In this document: one piece after another, positions 7,037 through 16,100 of the stretch | Position numbering within the stretch: the stretch's first letter is position 1 | Layout of the letters: each line of letters begins with the position of its first letter | Virus record (IMG/VR): IMGVR_UViG_3300050020_000030 | Coordinates: 24,640 to 88,639 of that record | Length of the DNA stretch: 64,000 bases | Strand: one strand, 5' to 3' | From: a virus | Program-made: the position numbers and the translations under genes | Notes under the pieces: generated by a model | What the model saw: the letters and a program-made list of their open reading frames with translations, nothing else | Database searches by the model: none | Told to the model about the DNA's origin: nothing

Positions 7037-9620
7037 GTACCTTCTTCCCCTACTGTTAGTAGCCGCCGCTTTCGGTCAGTCCGGGCAGCGGTCTGGGCAG
7101 GCTTTGCTTAAAGGTGGGGGGAATTTTGCGATCATCGCCCCCAGCGCCTCTGTGTATGTGTGCGTATATAACTCCCAGCTTGCCTGTTCTACCCAAGTAG
7201 CTACATGGTCGGACCCCGCTCTTACTGTTCCGGTTTCTCAACCTATTATAGCAGATGTGAACGGTGTATATAGCTACTATCTCCCGAGTTCCCAGAGGGT
7301 AGTGGAAAAGGTTTGTTCTATACAGAACCAGTGTAGCTCCTACGCGGTAAGTATTCCATACGGGGCGAGCGGGTCCTCCGGAGCGGTACTTGCGGTATTC
7401 GGGAGATACGGGGCAGTTGTAGCGGGTACTGGGGATTATAGCTTCTCCCAAATATCAAGTACACTTCTTCACTCTCAGTTGCCTACTCTCCTTAGTGGGG
7501 ATATTCCAAACAACATTTCTACCGCTGCGCAGCTAACGTCGGCTTTGGCCGCGTGCGGCTCGGCAACTTGTTCGTTAACTATCATTGGAAACATTGCAAT
7601 TGCGTCCAATTTGTCAATCCCTTCTAACGTTAGCCTCACCTTTTCAGGGGGTCAGTTACTACCTGGATCAGGTGCTACAGTAACGATTCTTGGAAAGATA
7701 ACGGACACGTCTTCGCAGATATTCGGTGGTGTAGGTTCTATCGCCGGGTTGACTCTTGATCGACCTGAGTGGTTCGGAACGGGAGCAACGTGCGTAAGCG
7801 GTGCGTGCCCGTCGATTAAGACCGCCATCTCAGCGTTAGGTAGTAACGGGGGTACCGTAAGACTGGGCTACGCTTTCTACCGTAGCGGATACGAAGCGGG
7901 GACAAACCTGACGCTTCCGAATATCACAGTTCAAGGAGTTCAAGAGCCTGCATTTAATACCGCTACCCCCACTGCTTTGGTGAACGGATCGATTATTCAA
8001 GGTACCTTCGGGGTCGCTGCGGGGGCGAATAACCTCACTATTTCCGGTGTTGGCTTTGATACTGGGTCGGCCTTCGTCTCCTCGCAGTATGGAGGTACGT
8101 CTTCAGATGCCTTCTCCATCTACGTACCCGGACAAACTACAGGTACAACCCCAATATCAAATGTCAATATTAGTAACGCAGCGTGCTTGGTCTCAAGTGC
8201 TTCGGCGTTATTCCACTGTTTCTTAGCGGAGAATGTTGTCAACTCCACGTTCCGGGATATCTCAGGATTTTATGGTGTCCACGGGATGATTATCAAGGGC
8301 GTGCACGACACGGCGGACGGACTCTATTTCCACGGTCACAACTACGACTGCTTGATTGTTAAGTCGGACGACTACGCTCCAACCAGTAATATAACAGTGA
8401 GTAATATGCACTGCAATAGCGTGATAGCCGGAGATACGGGAGGCGTAATATTGCAGGCTGAAACGGCCTCGCTAGCTAACGTGTCTTTAAGCAACTTCGC
8501 TATTCAGGGAGCGAACTTCGGTGTTTCTACGATTGTTAGTGCATCTGGGGTCTCTAGGATATCAGTTGCAAACGGAACCGTTGACTACGGTGGGCTATCT
8601 TCTGCTCCGAGTTCTCAGATGTGTATTGGCGACTCCGGAACAGGAACCTATAATTACTCCAGCTTTACAAACATAGATTGCAATAACTACCAGTACGCCA
8701 CGTACTTTCCGACCCGCATGGATGCCTCCATGATCTCAAATCTAACCTCAAATAACTCCGCACAGGGCATTTGGCTTAACGGGTCAAACACGGTTATATC
8801 TAATGTGTTTGAGGAGGCAGACACGGGGTTCAATTCATCGCTTGTTACCTCAAGTGTAGGTGGATCGAGTATCTCTGTGCAAAATCTTACCGAGTACGGG
8901 GCTTATGGGTACTTATCTATCGTGAGCAACGGTGCGCACATTGCGTTCGGTGATTTACTGGACGGAACCGGATTATTTCTCCAGCAGACCATAGAAGTTG
9001 GAAGCCCGTACACCGTGCGTGGAGGGACCGGAGCTACTAACGACTTTACCGTACAGGATGCAACGGGAGTTTATAACAACTGGTTGGTGACAGATGCCGG
9101 AATTGGTCATCTACGCGGTGATATGTGGGCCAACAGCTATCTAGTACAAGGGCATATAGCGATCCCTGCTACGGCTGGTGGTTATTTAGGTCCGGCAACG
9201 GGATATGTCCAGCTTGCCCCCGCTCCTTCGGGTGCTGGCTGTCTCTACCAAAACGGCGCTAGTACCTATTCATGGGCTACGTGCGGCGGTGTTACGCCGC
9301 TGGCGACTCCCGCCTCGGCCATTACAATTTCTCTCCCCCACGGGTACGGAGTTTGTACCGGGACCTGTACTGTAACGCTACCCGCCCCAACAACAGCGGG
9401 GGATGACTTCTGTCTGTGGAACGACGTGGGAGTAAGTACTGCAATTACAATTTCAGGACATACAGGTGTTTTCTTTTCTCAAACTGATTTAAGTGCTTAC
9501 GGGACAACGGGCGGTACCTTTACTGCCACGGCAGCGGCGGGGAACAAAGTTTGCATGGTGGCAAGGGATACAACGCACTGGATTCCGCTATCCTATGCAG
9601 GAACTTGGACGGCCAATTAG
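7020..9620 (+). CDS. Tailspike-like beta-helix protein with N-terminal signal peptide (866 aa)
   Basis: MILKFKYLLPLLLVAAAFG; head-binding-like WSDPALT..QPIIADVNG; VFGRYGAVVAGTGDY; PEWFG; N/S/I-rich beta-helix repeats. Confidence 0.75.
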   Translation: MILKFKYLLPLLLVAAAFGQSGQRSGQALLKGGGNFAIIAPSASVYVCVYNSQLACSTQVATWSDPALTVPVSQPIIADVNGVYSYYLPSSQRVVEKVCSIQNQCSSYAVSIPYGASGSSGAVLAVFGRYGAVVAGTGDYSFSQISSTLLHSQLPTLLSGDIPNNISTAAQLTSALAACGSATCSLTIIGNIAIASNLSIPSNVSLTFSGGQLLPGSGATVTILGKITDTSSQIFGGVGSIAGLTLDRPEWFGTGATCVSGACPSIKTAISALGSNGGTVRLGYAFYRSGYEAGTNLTLPNITVQGVQEPAFNTATPTALVNGSIIQGTFGVAAGANNLTISGVGFDTGSAFVSSQYGGTSSDAFSIYVPGQTTGTTPISNVNISNAACLVSSASALFHCFLAENVVNSTFRDISGFYGVHGMIIKGVHDTADGLYFHGHNYDCLIVKSDDYAPTSNITVSNMHCNSVIAGDTGGVILQAETASLANVSLSNFAIQGANFGVSTIVSASGVSRISVANGTVDYGGLSSAPSSQMCIGDSGTGTYNYSSFTNIDCNNYQYATYFPTRMDASMISNLTSNNSAQGIWLNGSNTVISNVFEEADTGFNSSLVTSSVGGSSISVQNLTEYGAYGYLSIVSNGAHIAFGDLLDGTGLFLQQTIEVGSPYTVRGGTGATNDFTVQDATGVYNNWLVTDAGIGHLRGDMWANSYLVQGHIAIPATAGGYLGPATGYVQLAPAPSGAGCLYQNGASTYSWATCGGVTPLATPASAITISLPHGYGVCTGTCTVTLPAPTTAGDDFCLWNDVGVSTAITISGHTGVFFSQTDLSAYGTTGGTFTATAAAGNKVCMVARDTTHWIPLSYAGTWTAN

Positions 9621-10702
9621 TGAGATATTCTCTCATACTCCTCGTTCTTCTTTGGATTCCTGGATGCTCTTGGCCCCAGATTCCTGGGGGGCTGATAGGG
9701 GGGATCACTCCGGTATCTTCGAATATTTTTTCCCCCGCTGCGGGACATTACAGCACTGCGCAGAGTGTAACGATCACTGCTCCAGCCGGAACCACTTGTT
9801 ACTACACCACAGACGGTAGCACTCCAAATATTGCTTCTACCCCCTATACAACTCCAATTACTGTTTCAGCAAACACAACCCTGAGTGCCGTATGCGCTGA
9901 TGTTGTTAAGAGCTACACGAACGTTCAAGCTGACTCGACGCAGGATACCGGCACTAGCAGGGGTTGGAAGTGTATCACCGCGAGCGGCCTGCCTTCACCT
10001 TGCTATTCCGGTGGAGGCGTGGTGGGAACAATCTCGGCGGAATCGCAGACCTATGGTAGTACGGGGGTCGAGTCAGCTTCGACGACGGCGAGCACAGGCG
10101 AAAATCAACTCCTAGTCGTTTACACACAGTTAGGAGCGGGTGGCCTAGCGTCCGTGCTCGCAGAAGACAAAATCATTCAACCCTCGCAAGGTTCAACATA
10201 CGTCGCTAATCAAGAAGCTGATATGAATTTGAACGACTCTACACAGTCTCCTCCCCGGTATCATGCAGGAGGTCTTCAGTGTAACCAGCAGTCGGGATCG
10301 CTTCAATGGCAGATTGATAATCAGCAGGGAAGTTGGCAAAACATCTCACCGCCCATTACATTCGGGTGCCCGTTATCTACCACTCAGGCTACCGAAATCA
10401 AATACTCTATGCACTGGACAAACGGAGATACGGGGTGTGGCGGGTATGGATGTGATAGTTATGATGTACTAAGTATCTGTGTTGGGGGAACGTGTAACAA
10501 CTACTCTCTTGGAAGAACACTTGAGGCATACACGGAGACCTGGGGCGACATCATGATTATTCAGGATCAGACAGACTTGACTAATACAACGCAGTCTGGT
10601 GCAAATCCAACTACTTCTACGCGCACCATCACGCAGGATAACATGGCTGCGGGCATTTACTCAACAATGGTTACAGCTACCGCAGGATATACGATTCCAT
10701 GA
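9620..10702 (+). CDS. Secreted protein with CHB_HEX_C/Fn3-associated domain and lectin-like insert (360 aa)
   Basis: GTG overlapping the upstream TAG; hydrophobic signal; FSPAAGHYSTAQSVTI...YYTTDGSTP. Confidence 0.75.
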   Translation: MRYSLILLVLLWIPGCSWPQIPGGLIGGITPVSSNIFSPAAGHYSTAQSVTITAPAGTTCYYTTDGSTPNIASTPYTTPITVSANTTLSAVCADVVKSYTNVQADSTQDTGTSRGWKCITASGLPSPCYSGGGVVGTISAESQTYGSTGVESASTTASTGENQLLVVYTQLGAGGLASVLAEDKIIQPSQGSTYVANQEADMNLNDSTQSPPRYHAGGLQCNQQSGSLQWQIDNQQGSWQNISPPITFGCPLSTTQATEIKYSMHWTNGDTGCGGYGCDSYDVLSICVGGTCNNYSLGRTLEAYTETWGDIMIIQDQTDLTNTTQSGANPTTSTRTITQDNMAAGIYSTMVTATAGYTIP

Positions 10703-10962
10703 TACGCGCCCTAGCAATCTTACTGCTCTCGATAAGTATTCCTAGTCACCAGTCTGCTCCTGTAGCTAGTCTAGTCCAGCCTCCTTCATATCCGCATAAT
10801 CTTACACTCTATAATCCGAAGGGTGAGCAGGTTATAACCTGTCAAATCGTGGATAACGGAGACACCATCAAAGACTGCAAGATTCGGGATGGGTTCACCT
10901 TGGACGATGTAATGACATCATGGGCCGATGCTTATAAGGACTTGGAAGGCAAAAAACAGTGA
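10699..10962 (+). CDS. Small secreted protein (87 aa)
   Basis: MIRALAILLLSISIP signal-like; ATGA overlap; Cys pair. Confidence 0.6.
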   Translation: MIRALAILLLSISIPSHQSAPVASLVQPPSYPHNLTLYNPKGEQVITCQIVDNGDTIKDCKIRDGFTLDDVMTSWADAYKDLEGKKQ

Positions 10963-11066
10963 CTCTCGACGTGTTTGTATTTGCGGTTGGACTTATTGGC
11001 GGCCTTTTGCTCGCGGGTGTCTTACTCGAAATGTTCTTCACGAAGTTGCTCCAAAAATATTTATAA
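10959..11066 (+). CDS. Single-TM microprotein (35 aa)
   Basis: GTGA overlap; MTLDVFVFAVGLIGGLLLAGVLLEMFFTKLLQKYL. Confidence 0.55.
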   Translation: MTLDVFVFAVGLIGGLLLAGVLLEMFFTKLLQKYL

Positions 11067-11084
11067 GAAAGCAGAGGAGACCCC

Positions 11085-12179
11085 ATTCCCGTCTTTCCAA
11101 ATCTAGCCCCACCGAGTTCCGTAACTATTCAAAGCGTGGTCGATTACTGCCGAGCGGTGGACCCCGCGTGTAACCCTATCCTCCCGGCTGGTGGCTACAA
11201 CTATGAGCCCGCGCTTACGTTTGCGAATGACGTACTCCAGAAAATCTTGTTTCAAGGAATGAACTGGAGATGGAATACCTCCTATATTCCGCTGTTCCTT
11301 ACTAACTGCCTCCAGCAGGATTACATTACGAACGTTAAAGATATTGGTTGGTTTACCTCCGGCTATATCATCGATATCAATAACTCGACCAACGCCAATA
11401 ATCAAGCACCTAAACCTATCCGAGGTCTGGAAGTAAACCGGGCAATGGGGATTACTCCCTTCGCAAATCTTCCTACTGAGTCCTGCTTCATCCTGAACAA
11501 TCAAGCCAATTTTGGGGTGTGGCAACCTAATACTGCGTACCCCTGTCCTTACGGAGTCGCTGCTGCCCCGGCTACACCTATCTGCCAAATTGTGGATGGC
11601 GTCGGTAACATGCTGTTTTTGGATACCGCGCAGATGGGATTGACGACTAACTCCCCCGGATTTCCTAACAATAATTCAATACCCCCGGTCGCGCCCAATA
11701 GTCCTTATGGAGTTACAGGAAGCGTAGCACCACTGCTTCCTCCTAACTCTGCTCCGGGTACGCAGGTAATTGACGGTACGGTAACGTGGACAGTAGCCGA
11801 TCCTAACGGGTATGCTATTAGATTTAATCCGCTCCCCGGTCTAGGTGGGCTTGCTTGGCTAGTGTGGATGGAGTACCAGAGGAAAGCCCCCAAGTGGCTT
11901 ACTTTACAGAGTACGATTTCTCCTATCCCAGATGACTACGCCTTTTTGTTTCGTCAAGGTTTCTTGGCTAAGTGCCTGCAAGCGGCAGGGAGCAAGAATG
12001 CTCAGGCGGCTTACCAGCAATTCGAAGAGCAGGTAGATCAAGCCCTTCGTGCGTCTACCCGAGAGATTTCTGCTTTCGGTATGGTTCCGGACAACTCTAT
12101 GAGTTCTTCCAACAGTTCTATAATGAGCTACCCTGCTGGCCCATCTAATCCGTTTTCCAGCAATGTCCAGTACTATTGA
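11085..12179 (+). CDS. Head-tail adaptor protein 2 (paralog of 6021-6755), probable ATT start
   Basis: NWRWN, YQRKAP...PIPDDYAFLFRQGFL; GAGGAG 5 nt before in-frame ATT 11085. Confidence 0.65.
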   Translation: MPVFPNLAPPSSVTIQSVVDYCRAVDPACNPILPAGGYNYEPALTFANDVLQKILFQGMNWRWNTSYIPLFLTNCLQQDYITNVKDIGWFTSGYIIDINNSTNANNQAPKPIRGLEVNRAMGITPFANLPTESCFILNNQANFGVWQPNTAYPCPYGVAAAPATPICQIVDGVGNMLFLDTAQMGLTTNSPGFPNNNSIPPVAPNSPYGVTGSVAPLLPPNSAPGTQVIDGTVTWTVADPNGYAIRFNPLPGLGGLAWLVWMEYQRKAPKWLTLQSTISPIPDDYAFLFRQGFLAKCLQAAGSKNAQAAYQQFEEQVDQALRASTREISAFGMVPDNSMSSSNSSIMSYPAGPSNPFSSNVQYY

Positions 12180-12180
12180 T

Positions 12181-12209
12181 TTGACGAGATCAGAACTATG
12201 TGATATAAT
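12181..12209 (+). promoter_or_regulatory. sigma70 promoter, leaderless start
   Basis: TTGACG-17-TATAAT with TG; ATG 7 nt downstream, no SD. Confidence 0.8.
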
Positions 12210-12216
12210 ATAGATA

Positions 12217-13107
12217 ATGGAAAATATAGAACAAAAGCCGTACGGGATTATCTACTTTGCTTTGAACAAGTTGAATGGAAAGTGCTACGTGGGACAGTCC
12301 ATCCAAGCCGAAGGGAAAAGGTGGAAGCAGCATATATCCTCCAGTCGCCATAGGGGAAGTAAACTATATTTTCATAAAGCCATTCACCACTACGGACCCG
12401 AAAACTTCGAGTTTCGTACTATCCTATCCTGCCCCGATCAAGCGTCTCTAAACTCCGCTGAAACCTATTTTATAGAATTCTTCGGTTCTATAGACCCCAA
12501 AATAGGATACAATAGTACCCTCGGAGGGGACGCGGAAGTTCCTAGCGAGCAGACCAAAAAGAACATGATTACTGCTTGGGCTAAGCGCCGGGGAGGGGAT
12601 ATCCCGGATACAGAAACCCTGATTAGGGATTATAAGTCAGGGCTATCTTCCGTTAAGATTGCAAAAAAATACGGGATATCCAAGTTCTGTGTACTCCGTA
12701 GATTTAAAGTGGTGGGGTTTGATACACGATCTAATTCTGAGTCTAAAAGACTGCCCGGAATACCGTCGCTAGGGGATGAGTATCTGGCAGGAAAAGACCT
12801 CGGGGTTCTGGCCGAAAAATACGGGGTAACTCCTTCGTGGGTGTGGGGTCAACTAAAACAGAGCAACGTGCCCCTGAGAACGGCTACGGCCTCCCGCACT
12901 CTCAATATGGAGAAAACCGGAGAATTAAGTACACTACCCTCCCCCGAAGATTTGGCAGAAGAATACCTATCTGGAGTATCTTCCGTAAAGCTTTCGAAGA
13001 AGTACAATACAACTAAAACTAGGATATTAGCCTACCTCATCAAGAGTGGAATTACCCTTCGGACTAAATCCGAGGCTTGGGTAGGGCGAAAACAAAGCAA
13101 AACATAA
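12217..13107 (+). CDS. Free-standing GIY-YIG homing endonuclease with three C-terminal HTH repeats
   Basis: GIIY...KCYVGQS, GYN; Y.SG.S..K.AKKY repeats. Confidence 0.9.
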   Translation: MENIEQKPYGIIYFALNKLNGKCYVGQSIQAEGKRWKQHISSSRHRGSKLYFHKAIHHYGPENFEFRTILSCPDQASLNSAETYFIEFFGSIDPKIGYNSTLGGDAEVPSEQTKKNMITAWAKRRGGDIPDTETLIRDYKSGLSSVKIAKKYGISKFCVLRRFKVVGFDTRSNSESKRLPGIPSLGDEYLAGKDLGVLAEKYGVTPSWVWGQLKQSNVPLRTATASRTLNMEKTGELSTLPSPEDLAEEYLSGVSSVKLSKKYNTTKTRILAYLIKSGITLRTKSEAWVGRKQSKT

Positions 13108-13116
13108 AAGGATAAA

Positions 13117-16100
13117 ATGCCTAACCAGCTTAGCATAGCAGGCGCGAATCCGGGAAAACAAACCAAGAGAACTGCACTTTGGACGGCCCGCTGGTCAGAT
13201 GGGCTTTTCACGAACTCTGGTGCCCTTAGAGACGTGTCTTCAAGGATCGAAGAGCATTATTACGGTGCTCACAATGGCCGTCTTATCGAACCTAGCGAAA
13301 ATGTCGAGATTACCTCCAAACTGACTCTCAAGAGACGGTATGGTAATTCTGTTTGGAATAGTAACACCTGGACCGACCTAAATTCTTTCTACGAGTTTCG
13401 CCAGTTTAACGCAAACGAAGAACAAATCAAGGTCATGGTTGATACCCAAGGCGCGTTGTATGACGCCTCAAATAACCAGCAATTGAATATCTGGTCCAAG
13501 GTTCCCACTAGTGGTCAGTCCTATATGCAGAGTGTAGGAAACACTCTATTTTGGGGGGACGGATACGACCGTAAAAAGTGGCTGACTACCCTGCTCGATA
13601 GAATCCCATACAAGGTAAGTCCCTTCCCCGAGCCGCAGAATCCCTATAACTTCACTCCGTATAACCTAAACTCCTTTATCATAGATACCAACGGGGATAC
13701 CGAACAGCTTATCGGTACCGTTTTACAGTTATCTAGCTTCTATATCTTAAATGACACTATTGTATTCTCCCTGTTATCTACCAAGAACGGACACGCTCTT
13801 CCTAGCGCGTATGAAATCTTGGTTCCCGGATTACAAATTTTCTTCCCCGCTGACTCCCAAGTCTCTCAAACTCTCGGTGAGCCTAACGGGGTAACTTTGT
13901 CTATAGGGAGTCTTGTCGGCGGAATAGAGGCCGCGTCGGTTACCTTTGGAGGGTCTGGATACACTATTGGAGACATCGTTGCAGTAAACCAGACTTCGCC
14001 TCTGGGTAGCATGAACGGTACCCTAAAAGTTCTGAACGTCGGGGCAGCAGTCGGAACAGGATATAGTACAGCCACAGTTCCTACTACCACGAAGGGCGGG
14101 GGGTCCGGAGCGACCCTGAATATTGCCGCCCCTACGGGATACCTTGTCTCAGCCACTGTGGGAGCGGGCGGAACCGGATACGTAAACGGGGACTATATTA
14201 TACCTACGCAGGCAAACGCCTCTGGAGGGTATTTTAAAGTTGTAAGTACCGGGGGTGGCGGGAGTGTAGTTACCGTAGCCGTAGCTACGAATGCGGCAAC
14301 AAGTTTAGGAATCCAGACAGCGGGGGAGGGGTACTACAATGCTACCGGAATTCCGGTTTCCGGAGGAACAGGAACCGGACTTACTGTAAGTATCGTTGAC
14401 GACGAAACACAGTTCAATGCTCCGTTTACCTACGGCGGTGGACCTGTAGCTACGGTTACTGTCACCACGCCCGGATCGAACTATAACATCGGGGATGTTA
14501 TCGTGCCACTTGAGAGTACCCAGACCACTTCTGGAGGGGCGCAGTTTACGGTTACCAACGTGACCGGAGCGGCTTCTGGAGCAGGTCTTACCTACGGTGG
14601 TGCTGCGGTTGCGGGGTACGCTCTAGGCGCAGCCAGTGTATGGCAGACCTCCGGATACGGTACCAGTGCAGCTATGACTATTACTGGTGTGTCTGGCGGA
14701 GTAATCACCTCGGCTACTACAGCTTATGGGGGGTCTGGGTACTCGTCCGGAGACTTGTTATATATTTCTCAGGGTCCTGTTCGCGGTGCAACTCTTATAG
14801 TAAGTACCACGGGAGGCGGAGGGGCAGTTGCCCTTGTCACCGTGCTTAACGGGGGTCCCACAGCGTATACTCCAGCTACAGGGGTCGCCACATATACATC
14901 CGGGGGAGGCAACGGGGCTACAATAGATATTACCACGGTATCTTCCGGACAGATCACGGCAGGAGTTTTGAATGCCGGGGGTACTGGATATACTATAGGA
15001 GACTTGTTGTACGTTGTACAGACGGGAACTGCCGGGGATGCTTATTTTACAGTAACATCCGTAACTGCCACGGGCGCAGGAGGGATCACGGGTCTAAGCA
15101 TTCTTACTCCGGGACACGGCTATATTCAGGAAAGTGGAGTTGTAACTACCGCGCAGACGGGTACGGGAACGGGAGCTATACTTACCCTCGGGGTAGGCGC
15201 AGCGTCTTTCTTCCCACCTTTCGCGCTTTCGGATACACCTACGGTGTTTTCGGGCGGTAACCCTATCTCCGACGCGAGAACCAATGCACATATAACATGG
15301 GCCGGGGTTGGACAAGAGACTATTGACGGCTCCGCTTTGTGGGTCAACAGGGGAGTATCGATAGACGGCGGACCCGTGTATAACTGGGGGATGGCGGGCG
15401 GGACTAACGCCCCCTCGGTTGTAGTAAACAACGCAATTGGCGGGTGGGTTGCGGATACTTACTACTCCCGCTGGGACTTTATTATAGTTACCGTTTCAGG
15501 AAGCAATTACCTGATGCAGGTAGAAGGAAGTGGAAAATCCGGAGCCGCCGCGCCTACGTGGAATACAGTTGTCGGGCAGAAAACTACCGATGGTACAGTA
15601 ACATGGATGTGTATTGCAAACGACGGTGATACCTCCTTTACTTGGGCGGCAACTCATACATACACTCCGGGCCACGTTATTGAGGCTACGGTAAGTTCGC
15701 TGTCCTGTGTTTTTCGGCTACAGTCCTATTCTGGAATCATGACACAAGGAGTTATTCCTGCGTATTGCTGGCAACTCGGCTCGCAGTTCGGGACAGACGT
15801 AGGGGCCGCAGGAGAGATAAACGTAGGTGGAACTAATGCACCTATGGCTCAGAACGGCGGTCAGTCTCTAGCTACTGCCACCTATACGGGAAACATGAGC
15901 GGGCTATTCCTGACCTCTGGCTCAGGAACTGTAGGAACCCCCGCTGTCTCGGGAAATGGCTCAGTAGCGGGATCAAGTCCCCAATTGTTCCCGGCTACCT
16001 CCGATCTAAATATTGGGATGTTCCCCCAGCTAGTTATTCCCGCAGCAGGGACCTATACGTTTACAATCGGTCATCAGGTTGCGATGTTCTGGGGAATAGG

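Noticed and set aside
9551-9619. Upstream start of the 383-aa ORF
   Set aside because: Overlaps the tailspike end; GTG 9620 is stop-coupled and gives a signal peptide.
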